NCBI GenBank assembly: GCA_963763985.1
Contig: CAVXQO010000025.1
Span: forward strand, 15,660 to 79,659
DNA from: an uncultured Solirubrobacterales bacterium
Lineage (GTDB): Bacteria > Actinomycetota > Thermoleophilia > Solirubrobacterales > 70-9
DNA length: 64,000 nt
Direction: 5' to 3'
Made by a program: the position numbers and the translations under genes. How positions within the stretch are numbered: the first letter of the stretch is position 1; each line of letters begins with the position of its first letter. Below the pieces are notes generated by a model, which worked only from the letters and a program-made list of their open reading frames with translations, did no database searches and was not told where the DNA came from. Of the stretch, positions 41,074-49,828 are shown one piece after another.

Positions 41074-41730
41074 TCATTGCGGCGCCCGGAGGCGCGCCGG
41101 GTCATTTGTCGCCACACCGGCGACGCCGAGATCGGCGATCCTCGCGAACAGCGCCGGTTCATCCACGGTCCAGGCGAACAGCCGGCGACCGAGTCGGGCG
41201 ATGGCATCCGCGATCTCAGCCTCCACGAGCTTGTGGTGCAGCATCACGTCGCCGAAGCGGCCGGCGGCGAGCTCGTGCAGCAACCGCTCACGCCAGGCGC
41301 GCGGGTGCCAGCGGTTGGCGCGGCGAGAGATGTATCCGCCGATCGAGATTGCCGTCCGGGCATTCGCAGCGACCGTCCGCACCGTCTCGACGATGTCCGC
41401 CGACTGGGATGAGATCAGGGAGCGCTCCAGCAGGCCGTGCCCCCGCAGCATCGCCACGATCGCCGACTCGCAGCCCCGGCCCTTGACGTCCAGGTTCAAC
41501 CCGATCCCCGAGAAGCCCGGCTGCGCGAGGTGGTCCAGGGCGTCGCCGAGGGACAGGCAGCCGCGGCGGCGAGCCTGGGGGGCGAGGTGCGCCACCAGCA
41601 ACCGCGATCCCCGCGGCCGGACGTCGAACTCGATCATGTCGACACCCGCTCGCCGGGCCGCGTCGAAGGACGCGATCGTATTCGCCGGAGCGATCGCGCT
41701 CGCACCACCGTGGCCGATCAGGATGGTCAT
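41074..41730 (-). CDS. Glycerophosphodiester phosphodiesterase (GDPD) family
   Basis: IGHGGASAIAPANTIASF..GVDMIEFDV, LFAWTVD. Confidence 0.8.
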   Translation of the reverse strand: MTILIGHGGASAIAPANTIASFDAARRAGVDMIEFDVRPRGSRLLVAHLAPQARRRGCLSLGDALDHLAQPGFSGIGLNLDVKGRGCESAIVAMLRGHGLLERSLISSQSADIVETVRTVAANARTAISIGGYISRRANRWHPRAWRERLLHELAAGRFGDVMLHHKLVEAEIADAIARLGRRLFAWTVDEPALFARIADLGVAGVATNDPARLRAPQ

Positions 41731-42920
41731 CAGGCGAAGAACTCCCGGATCGCGTCGTGCGTCTGCTTCGGTGCCTCGAGCTGCGGCACGTGGCCGCAGT
41801 CGAGCTCCAGGTGACGCGCCGCGGGAAGTGCCCGCTCGACATGCTTCCTGAAGGCCAGCGGCACGAGCTGATCATGGCGCCCCCAGATGAACAGAGTCTG
41901 GGGCGACATCTGGGCGAGTCGCGTCCAGAAACCGCGTTCGCCGTGCGGCTCGTCGATGTAGATGTTTCGGGCCGCCTCGTAGAAGGCAACCCGACCGCGC
42001 GGGGTGAGATAGGAGCGCAGGAACTCATCCACGCCCGCGGCCGACCAGCCGTCCTTGCCACCCGGGACCAGGTTGCGGACGATCGGCTCGGTGATCACGC
42101 GCGGCGCCGGCTGGATCAGGCCGAGCATGGGGAGTGGTGCCTGGAGCAGCCAGCGCCAGCGGCGACTTCGCAACCAGGCGAGCGCCGGGCAGAGCAGGGC
42201 CATCCTCCCAGTGCGCTCGGGTCGCAGCAGCCCCATCTCGATCGCCACGCGCCCGCCCATGCTGTTGCCGATCAGATGGGCGCGCTCGATCTCCAGCTCG
42301 TCGAGCAGGGCCTCGATTGCGCGAGCGAAGTAGGGAGCGTCATAGGGGGCGCCGAGCGGCTTGTCGGAATCGCCGAACCCCGGCAGGTCCATCGCGATCA
42401 CTCGATGGTGGTCGGCGAGCGCGGCGACCGTGGGGAGGAATGAGGCCTTGGTCGCGCCCAGCCCGTGCACGCAGATCACGGGATCGCCCTCGCCCGCTGA
42501 GAGCGTCGAAATCTTGCCGAGCCGGGTGCGGACGGATTCGAAGCGAAGCCGGCGCTCATCGGCTATGGCGCTGGTGGCGGCAAGGAAGCCGACGCCGAGG
42601 TGCAGATTCTGCCGGACGCTCAGGCGGCCCTCGCGGAAGGCGACCATTCCACCGCGCACGTCACGCGCGATCTCCTCCCAGGTTGCCCAGTCGGCGCTCA
42701 ACAGGGCGTCGGGCTGGCGGTCGATCGCCGCCTGCAACTCGATCGCGCCGTCATCGATCACCGCGTCCCACTCGCCCTCGCCATCGACGGCCAGGCGGAT
42801 GCGCGCTGAGCCGCTGGGCACGTCGATCACATCGGGGTCGAAGCGCTCGATCAGGGCGGTGAGCCCGGCGGGAGGGCGGCTCTCTGGTGTCGGCCGCTCT
42901 TCGGCGTCGACAACTGCCAT
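41730..42920 (-). CDS. SCP2 sterol-carrier domain fused to an alpha/beta hydrolase
   Basis: The SCP2-like part is ADWATWEEIARDVRGGMVAFREGRLSV. The hydrolase part has VHGLGATKASF and GNSMGG. The start is taken at MAVVDAEE. Confidence 0.8.
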   Translation of the reverse strand: MAVVDAEERPTPESRPPAGLTALIERFDPDVIDVPSGSARIRLAVDGEGEWDAVIDDGAIELQAAIDRQPDALLSADWATWEEIARDVRGGMVAFREGRLSVRQNLHLGVGFLAATSAIADERRLRFESVRTRLGKISTLSAGEGDPVICVHGLGATKASFLPTVAALADHHRVIAMDLPGFGDSDKPLGAPYDAPYFARAIEALLDELEIERAHLIGNSMGGRVAIEMGLLRPERTGRMALLCPALAWLRSRRWRWLLQAPLPMLGLIQPAPRVITEPIVRNLVPGGKDGWSAAGVDEFLRSYLTPRGRVAFYEAARNIYIDEPHGERGFWTRLAQMSPQTLFIWGRHDQLVPLAFRKHVERALPAARHLELDCGHVPQLEAPKQTHDAIREFFA

Positions 42921-42961
42921 GCGCAGAGTATGGAGCTCCTGCGCGCAGCTGCGCCGAGGGC

Positions 42962-44044
42962 TCAGCGGAAGCGCTGCAGCACCCGGGTCGCCGAGTCGTA
43001 GCCCTGCTGGATCAGCCGCGGCCACTGGGTCCGGTCCAGGAACAGGTCGTAGAACGAGACCCCTCGGATCTCCGCCTCGTCGATCGGCTCGATCAGCTTC
43101 AGCTTCTCCCCCAGCTCGTCCTTCGCCCGCCGCGCCAATTCGAGGTGGTAGCCCTGCTGCAGCTGTCGGCTTGCCTGCAGCAGGCCGCCGGTCCTATCCG
43201 GCCAGCCGCTTATGTCCCGGGGCTCGAAGCCCTTGGGCAGCATCAGGTTGACGCCGATCACGTGGTCGAAGCGGTCACCGGCTTCGATCGCCGGCTGTGC
43301 CGGCCAGTTCTCGATGATCCCCCCGTCCACGTAGAGATGGCCGCGTACGGAAACCGACTCGATGAACAGGGGCAGCGCGATCGCCACCCGGACGAGGTGG
43401 CCGATGGTGACCTCCGGCGTGCGCCTCGATCCGAAGTACTCGACCGTGCCGAGGTCCATGTTGTAGACGATGGTCGTGATCGGAATCTGCGCCTCCCCGC
43501 ACGGCATCCCGATCAGCCGGGTGTCGAAGAGGCGCTCGATCGCCTCTCCCTTCGCCAGCCCCGAAAACCCTCGGAGCGCCGAGAGCGCGAACCGCGGCAG
43601 CTTCAGCCACTGGATGTCCAGGTAGTCCTCCGGCCGCCAGGAGAGCGAGAAGTCCGTCATCTCGTCGGAGCTCATCCCCGCCGCCCACATCGAGCCCCAG
43701 ATCGCGCCGCCCGAGCACCCGATGATCTCGGTCGGCTCGACTCCCGCCTCCTCGAAGGCGCGCTTGACCCCTGCGAGGGCCACGGCCGCCCCACCGCCCC
43801 CCGAGGCCACCAGGGCGATCCGCTTGCCCTGAAGCTCCGGCACCGGTCGCGAGCGGAACGGCTGCAGGTGCGCCGAGGGGTCGATCGGCGCGGGTCGGTC
43901 GATCAGCGGCAGGGGCAGCAGCGTTCGTCGCGCCCGCCGCAGGAACCCCAGGTCGGCGACGATCTCGCCCAGGTCGAGCCATTCGGTGAAGCGCTCGAAT
44001 TGCGCCTTCACCTCATAGAGGTCCAGCCGGTCGTCGAGGGCCAT
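42962..44044 (-). CDS. Patatin-like phospholipase
   Basis: ASGGGGAAV (oxyanion Gly-rich loop), GCSGG (GxSxG), YVDGG (catalytic Asp). Confidence 0.85.
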   Translation of the reverse strand: MALDDRLDLYEVKAQFERFTEWLDLGEIVADLGFLRRARRTLLPLPLIDRPAPIDPSAHLQPFRSRPVPELQGKRIALVASGGGGAAVALAGVKRAFEEAGVEPTEIIGCSGGAIWGSMWAAGMSSDEMTDFSLSWRPEDYLDIQWLKLPRFALSALRGFSGLAKGEAIERLFDTRLIGMPCGEAQIPITTIVYNMDLGTVEYFGSRRTPEVTIGHLVRVAIALPLFIESVSVRGHLYVDGGIIENWPAQPAIEAGDRFDHVIGVNLMLPKGFEPRDISGWPDRTGGLLQASRQLQQGYHLELARRAKDELGEKLKLIEPIDEAEIRGVSFYDLFLDRTQWPRLIQQGYDSATRVLQRFR

Positions 44045-44136
44045 TGCCCGGCGAGCGTACCGCCCAGGGCTCGGGCCCACGGAAGGATGAAGGCGCTAGG
44101 TTCAGCGTGAGGACACAGCGACCAGGAGGGCCGCCC

Positions 44137-45378
44137 ATGAAAGCTCCGGGCGAGACGCAGAGCGTGACCGCCGACCAGCCCTATGGCACGCGCGAGGAGA
44201 CGGTCGAGGCCTTCGCCTCTCACGTCGACCGCGGCAAGGCGAGGGCCCTCGAGGCGATCGGGGTCGACCTCGTGATCGGGGAGCGGGAGGGCGCCCGCTT
44301 TCGGGATGCGTACACGGGTCGCTGGTACTGGAACTGTCACTGCAACGGCGGCGTCTTCAATCTGGGGCACCGGCATCCGGCGGTGGTCGCCGCCGTGCGG
44401 GAGGGCCTGGATCACGTAGACGTCGGCAACCATCATCTCGTCAGCGGCTACCGAGCGCGGTTGGCGGAACAGCTCGCGGTGAGTACCGACGGCCTGCTCA
44501 CGCACGCCGTCTTCACCCCGTCTGGGACCGAGTCCGTCGACCTCGCCCTGCGACTCGCTCGAGCGGTAACCGGCCGGCCCAGGATCGTCGCCGCGCTCGG
44601 CGGCTACCACGGGGCCAGCGGGTTCGCACTGGCCGCCAGCGACCCCCGCTGGCTCGAGCCCTTCGGGTTCGGGCCGAGCGGTTTCGTACACGTCCCGTTC
44701 AACGACATCGAGGCCATTCGGCGGGAGATCGACTCCGAAACCGCGGCGGTGATCATGGAGACGATCCCGGCGACGCTCGGCTTCGTCCCGCCCGATCCCG
44801 GCTACCTGCGCGAGGTCGGCGAGGCCGCCAGGGATGCCGGCGCCCTGTTGATCCTCGACGAGGTTCAGACCGGCCTGGGTCGCACCGGGACCGCCTGGTA
44901 CTACCAGCAGCAGGACGTGAGGCCGGACATGCTGATCACCGGTAAGGGCCTCGGCGGCGGCGTCTATCCGGTCAGCGCCACCCTGCTCACGGAGGAGCTC
45001 GAGTCCTTCTTCGAGAACCACCCCTTCTCGTATGTCTCGACCTTCGGCGGTGCGGAGATCGGTTGCGTCGCAGCCAGCGCGGTCATGGACCAGATCTCGA
45101 CGCCCGGCTTCCTGGAGCGGGTCGAGGAGCTGGGTCAGCGATTCGAGCACGCCTTCGCGGAGATGCCGTTCGAGCTTCGGCGCTTCGGACTCACCATGGG
45201 CCTGGTGTTCGAGCACGAGCAGGGAGGGGTGATGGCCGCCAAGCAGCTGATCGACTCCGGGGTCTTCGCCGTGTACGCCGAGCACGACCACTCCGTGACC
45301 CAGTTCAAGCCCCCGCTGATCGTCAGCGAGTCGGAGGTCGACAAGATCGCCGCGGCGGTCGGAGCCGCGCTGTCATGA
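44137..45378 (+). CDS. Class III (omega) aminotransferase-family PLP enzyme
   Basis: AGGAGG RBS. Motifs: LILDEVQTGLGRTG, ITGKGLGGG (PLP Lys). Confidence 0.85.
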   Translation: MKAPGETQSVTADQPYGTREETVEAFASHVDRGKARALEAIGVDLVIGEREGARFRDAYTGRWYWNCHCNGGVFNLGHRHPAVVAAVREGLDHVDVGNHHLVSGYRARLAEQLAVSTDGLLTHAVFTPSGTESVDLALRLARAVTGRPRIVAALGGYHGASGFALAASDPRWLEPFGFGPSGFVHVPFNDIEAIRREIDSETAAVIMETIPATLGFVPPDPGYLREVGEAARDAGALLILDEVQTGLGRTGTAWYYQQQDVRPDMLITGKGLGGGVYPVSATLLTEELESFFENHPFSYVSTFGGAEIGCVAASAVMDQISTPGFLERVEELGQRFEHAFAEMPFELRRFGLTMGLVFEHEQGGVMAAKQLIDSGVFAVYAEHDHSVTQFKPPLIVSESEVDKIAAAVGAALS

Positions 45379-46283
45379 CCGGCACGGAGACCGGCCTCGC
45401 GGGCCTCTCCGACGATGAGCTCCGCCGCCTCGAGGATCTGGTCGAGGGGGCCCTCTCGTCGGGCGACGAGAGGGGGCTCCCCGTCCTGGGGTACGGGGAG
45501 ATCTCGCTCGTCCTGAGCTGGCCGCCCGGCGGCGGGCGATTCGCCTGCAAGCGGCTCCCCCCGTTCCGCTCCCGGGAACGGCTGGATGCCTACCGGGCCA
45601 CGCTCGACGACTACCTCAAGGCACTCGGCGCCGCCGGCGTGCGGGTCGTCGAGACGGAGATGCGCGCCGTCGAGCTCCACGACGGCAGCGTCGCCGGGTA
45701 CGTCGTGCAGCCGATGCTCCCGGCCGATCACCTGGCGACCACGACACTGCGGCTGGCGGACCCCGAGGCGGGGCATCCGCTGATCGAGGCCGTCGCCTCC
45801 GCCGCGGCTGCGGCGGTTGGCCCCCACCTCGGCTTGGACGCCCAACTCGCCAACTGGACCTGGAATGGCGACGAGCTCACCTACTTCGACGTCTCCACGC
45901 CGCTGATCTGGTCGCCCGAGGGCGACTCCCAGCTCGACCTCGACCTGCTCGCGGACGCTTATCCGGCGATCCTGCGGTGGCCGCTACGCCGCTTCGTCGC
46001 CCCGGGAATCCTCGACACCTACCGCGATCTCCGCAAGGTCTACCTGGACCTGGCGGGAAACCTGCTGAAGGAGCTGCTCGAGGGCTGGCTCCCGGCGTTC
46101 CTCGACCGCTTCAACGCACACCTGGACGAGCCGCTCACCGAGGACGAGGTGCGCCGCCACTACCGCTCGGACGCCCGGCTCTGGGCCGCCCTGCTCCGGG
46201 TCCGCAGGCTCGATCGCGCCTGGCGCCGTCGGGTCAGGCGGCGGCCGTACCCCTTCCTGCTGCCCGGCCCGATCGAGCGCTAG
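45375..46283 (+). CDS. Hypothetical protein with protein-kinase-like/phosphotransferase features
   Basis: ATGA overlap with the aminotransferase stop. LGYGEISLVLS..FACKRL resembles a Gly-loop plus AxK, and LDAQLANW resembles DxxxxN. Confidence 0.5.
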   Translation: MTGTETGLAGLSDDELRRLEDLVEGALSSGDERGLPVLGYGEISLVLSWPPGGGRFACKRLPPFRSRERLDAYRATLDDYLKALGAAGVRVVETEMRAVELHDGSVAGYVVQPMLPADHLATTTLRLADPEAGHPLIEAVASAAAAAVGPHLGLDAQLANWTWNGDELTYFDVSTPLIWSPEGDSQLDLDLLADAYPAILRWPLRRFVAPGILDTYRDLRKVYLDLAGNLLKELLEGWLPAFLDRFNAHLDEPLTEDEVRRHYRSDARLWAALLRVRRLDRAWRRRVRRRPYPFLLPGPIER

Positions 46284-46398
46284 GACGGACTCTCTCACCC
46301 AGCCTCGAGCGAGCTTCGCCCGCGAGACCGCCGCTTGTCACGGCGCGCTCAAACGCATCAACCCCGCTGGCGCCATCGCTTCGTGCGCGCTACGCACA

Positions 46399-46426
46399 CC
46401 AAGGGCCCTCTTGCGAGGGCCCTTGG
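46399..46426. terminator. Hairpin CCAAGGGCCCTC-ttgc-GAGGGCCCTTGG next to tRNA-fragment copy 2
   Basis: Perfect 12-bp arms. It sits at the convergent junction after gene 45375..46283. Confidence 0.55.
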
Positions 46427-46431
46427 CTGAG

Positions 46432-46460
46432 TAGCGGGGGCGGGATTCGAACCCGCGATT
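46432..46460 (-). repeat. tRNA-fMet 3' fragment, copy 2 (T-arm plus acceptor strand only)
   Basis: The reverse complement reads ..ATCGCGGGTTCGAATCCCGCCCCCGCTA. Similarity to the other copies ends 5' of the T-stem. Confidence 0.7.
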
Positions 46461-46701
46461 TGCGCTGCGCGAGAAGCGATAGGCCGGGCGTCGCTACCGC
46501 AAAGGATCTAAAGGAGCAGCACAGACCAGAGGTTCGAGCTTCGTTCGTTCCTTTGAACACGGCATTTCGTTTTGCCGAGCGACGCGATCGTGACGTATGC
46601 CACACCCAGATCGTGCCTTGTGTCACACATTTCTCACCGGCACTGAGGGACCATGAGTGACGTGGAGAGGACCCTGAAGAGGTTGAACGGAGGAGGGGAC
46701 C

Positions 46702-47265
46702 ATGTTTGACGGTGAAGCGCAGGTGCTCGAGCACAACGCGGAGGACGGCCAAGCTGCGATCGGGGTTACCAGAGTCCGGCAGGAACCCCCCTTCTGGGCA
46801 TCACTTCAGCTCGGCTGGAGAGTGGCCGAGTTCTACGCGCCAGAGGAAGAAGATTTTTGGCTTTTCGGCGACCTCTGCGACGCTTTCAACAGTCTCGGAA
46901 GAAGCCAGCTCGATGACCCGTTTGAGGCCAAGCCGTTTCGGTATCTGCGCGAGGACGTCGAGCTCCAAGACTATCCCGGTATTCCAGGTGCGACATGGCA
47001 TGAGGGGCACCCAGGAGCCCTGCAATGGACCATGAATCTCTGGGAGTCCTTCGGAGACTTCCACTTGGAGCCAAAAGAATTCATCCATGCAGGACGAGGC
47101 CGGTTCGTGTGCGTTACCGCCACCGTTGGGCAGGGTCGCCGCAGTGGCCTCCAGCTGAGCCTGACCGCTTACGCCGTCGTCACCGTTGAAGACGACAAGA
47201 TCAGGCGCATCGCGATAACTGCCGACCGGCAGGAGGCACTCAAATCCGCCGGCTTGTCCGAGTAG
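46702..47265 (+). CDS. SnoaL/NTF2-like fold protein
   Basis: The C-terminal 110 aa (WESFGDFHLEPKEFIHAGRGRFVCVTATVGQGRRSG..VVTVEDDKIRRI) match the ketosteroid-isomerase-like pattern. Confidence 0.55.
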   Translation: MFDGEAQVLEHNAEDGQAAIGVTRVRQEPPFWASLQLGWRVAEFYAPEEEDFWLFGDLCDAFNSLGRSQLDDPFEAKPFRYLREDVELQDYPGIPGATWHEGHPGALQWTMNLWESFGDFHLEPKEFIHAGRGRFVCVTATVGQGRRSGLQLSLTAYAVVTVEDDKIRRIAITADRQEALKSAGLSE

Positions 47266-47398
47266 CACTCTCCTCATGGTGATCTCCGTCGTGTCGCTTC
47301 AAGAGCGCGAGATCCCAGCGGAGGGGTCGGCATACCGGCCACACAGGGGTCAGGACGCCCCTTGCTACCGGCCCATGTGATCGAGTCCCGAAATCGCC

Positions 47399-48559
47399 AT
47401 GCTCATCGACTTGCACGCCCACTATCCGATGCACCTCGTTCCTCGGAATGAGGGGACAGCCCACCAAGGCTTGGTCCGCTGGCGCGATGCTTTGTGGCGA
47501 GCGCGCTTCGTGAACTTTATGTCGCGCCTTTTCAATTACGAAGGGCCTGGCGAGGAACCCGGGGTCACAATCGAGCTGATGAGAGAAGGCGACGTCGGCG
47601 TGCTGCTCTCAGTGCTCCACAACCCACTCGACGAGATGGACCTCTCGAAGAGCTACGGCGCCCCGCCCGATGGCACGTATCTCCCCTCCCTCCTAGGGCA
47701 GCTCGAATCCGTCGAGGAGAGCGTCGCCTCGGATCCCGGCGTGGCCGTCGCCCATTCGCCGGTTGAGTTCACTGCCGCCCTCACCGCGAACCAGAAGGTG
47801 CTGATCCACTGTGTGGAGGGGGGCTACCACCTTGGCGGAACTGAGGAGGAGATCCGCAGCGCGGTCGGCCAGCTGGCGGCACGTGGCGTGGCCTACATCA
47901 CGCTGGCCCATCTCTTCTGGCGGGATATCGCGACCAACGCGCCGGCGCTCCCATTTCTCCCGGACCCCCTCTACCGGCTCATCTTCCGCCAGCCACGGAA
48001 GGGCTTGAGCGAGCTCGGCATGATCGCGGCAGACGCGATGCTCGAGCACCGAGTCTTGATCGATATCACCCACATGTCCTCCCGAGCGACCGCAGCCACG
48101 CTCGACCTGATGGACCGCCGCGACCCGCAGAAGGAGATGCCGGTTCTGGCTACCCACGAGGCCTGTCGATTCCGGCGTCTGCGCCGGCGCGAGTACAACC
48201 TCTCCGATGACACCATCCGCCGGGTCGCCGAACGCCGCGGCCTGATCGGGATCATCCTCTGCCCCCACTACCTCCTCGGTGGAGGCCCATTCCGGAGGAG
48301 CCAGACGGCGGACTTCGAGGCATCAGTCGACGCTCTCTGCACCCACATCGATCACATTCACGACGTGACACAGTCGCTCGATTACGTGGGCATCGGCTCA
48401 GATCTCGATGGATTTATCAAGCCGGCGCTGACTGGGCTCGGCCATCTCGGGCACATGGCGGCGCTACAGGCCGAGTTGCGGCAGCGCTATGGCGAAGCCG
48501 ACGCCGAGAAGATCTGCTCCGGGAACGCCGTTCGCGTTCTCACCACCGCCTGGAGATAA
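47399..48559 (+). CDS. Membrane-dipeptidase (peptidase M19)-like amidohydrolase-fold protein
   Basis: IDLHAHYP, VEGGYHLG, YITLAHLFWRDIATN, IDITHMS, LATHEA, GIGSDLDGF. Confidence 0.7.
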   Translation: MLIDLHAHYPMHLVPRNEGTAHQGLVRWRDALWRARFVNFMSRLFNYEGPGEEPGVTIELMREGDVGVLLSVLHNPLDEMDLSKSYGAPPDGTYLPSLLGQLESVEESVASDPGVAVAHSPVEFTAALTANQKVLIHCVEGGYHLGGTEEEIRSAVGQLAARGVAYITLAHLFWRDIATNAPALPFLPDPLYRLIFRQPRKGLSELGMIAADAMLEHRVLIDITHMSSRATAATLDLMDRRDPQKEMPVLATHEACRFRRLRRREYNLSDDTIRRVAERRGLIGIILCPHYLLGGGPFRRSQTADFEASVDALCTHIDHIHDVTQSLDYVGIGSDLDGFIKPALTGLGHLGHMAALQAELRQRYGEADAEKICSGNAVRVLTTAWR

Positions 48560-49637
48560 CATCACCGCCGAGAAACTCGACAGCTATCAGCGCGACATCG
48601 TCAAGGGCCTCAGCAAGGCCTTCGACCGCGAGGCGACCGAGGAGCACGAACTCGACCTCGACACGGCCAAGCTCGTCGTCTTCTCCGACCACCACAAAGG
48701 CGCGCGCGACGGCGCCGACGACTTCCGCCGCTGCGAGCGCGCCTACATGGCGGCGCTCGGCTATTACCTCGAGGAGGGCCACCGGCTATATGTGCTCGGC
48801 GACGTCGAGGAGTTGTGGGAGAACTCTCCCGAGGAGCCACTCGTGGCGTATGCCAAGGCGCTGGAGCTGGAGGCCGAGTTCCACCGCCAGGGCCGCTACG
48901 AGCGCTTCTGGGGAAACCACGACGATCACTGGGGACACCGCGCATACGTAGAGAAGCGCCTCTGGCGCTACTACCCGCAGCTCAAGGTGCGCGAGGCGCT
49001 GAAGCTCCGGATCACGAGCGGCGGCGAGAGGCTCGGGCTTCTCTTCTTGATCCACGGCCATCAGGGGACGGCCGAGAGCCAGCGCTTCGCCTGGTTCTCG
49101 AAGCTCGTCGTCCGATACATCTGGCGGCCGCTTCAGCGCCGGTTCGGGTTCAGCGCAACCACCCCGGCCAGAGACTGGGACCTGCGCGCCCGCCACAACC
49201 GGGCGCTCTTTACGTGGGCCCGCTCGCACCCCCTAAAGCCAGTCCTGATCGCGGGCCATACCCACAAGCCCGTGTTCGGGACGAGCACCCCGCCGAAGCC
49301 CGAGCATCGGCCGCTCTCCGAGGTGCAGGGGGAGCTGGACGGCGCCCAGGCGAAGTCGCCTACCGACCGAGACAAGATCGCCCGGCTCCGCGCCGAGCTA
49401 GGGTGGATCGAGGCGATCGAGCGCAGCACCGAGCCCGCGTCGATCCCGATCGAGCCCCCGTGTTACTTCAACACCGGGTGCTGCTCGTTTCCCGACGGCG
49501 ACGTGACTGGCATCGAGATCGCCGACGGCATGGTCCGACTCGTTCGCTGGCCCGACGACGAGGGCAGGGCACTCCCCAAAATCCTGGTCGAGGACGACTT
49601 ACGCAAAATCCTCGGCGCGCTCGGCGCGCCGGGCTGA
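48489..49637 (+). CDS. Calcineurin-like metallophosphoesterase
   Basis: FSDHHKG, LGDVEELW, GNHD, IHGHQG, AGHTHKP. The only canonical start overlaps the upstream gene by 71 nt. Confidence 0.75.
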   Translation: MAKPTPRRSAPGTPFAFSPPPGDNITAEKLDSYQRDIVKGLSKAFDREATEEHELDLDTAKLVVFSDHHKGARDGADDFRRCERAYMAALGYYLEEGHRLYVLGDVEELWENSPEEPLVAYAKALELEAEFHRQGRYERFWGNHDDHWGHRAYVEKRLWRYYPQLKVREALKLRITSGGERLGLLFLIHGHQGTAESQRFAWFSKLVVRYIWRPLQRRFGFSATTPARDWDLRARHNRALFTWARSHPLKPVLIAGHTHKPVFGTSTPPKPEHRPLSEVQGELDGAQAKSPTDRDKIARLRAELGWIEAIERSTEPASIPIEPPCYFNTGCCSFPDGDVTGIEIADGMVRLVRWPDDEGRALPKILVEDDLRKILGALGAPG

Positions 49638-49828
49638 CCCTCGACGGTCACCTCGAGGTGTGGTTCAACTCCCGCTCGAAGGCGCAGCGAGTCCGGGGTT
49701 GATCGCTCCGGCGTCGGCGAGTAACGTCGTTGCAGGCGCTCGGCTCCCTGCAGTCTGTGGCCTGGCGCACCAGCAAGGATCGCTGGCTTGAGAATCGGGT
49801 GAGATAGACGGCCACCCCACAAGTCGAA

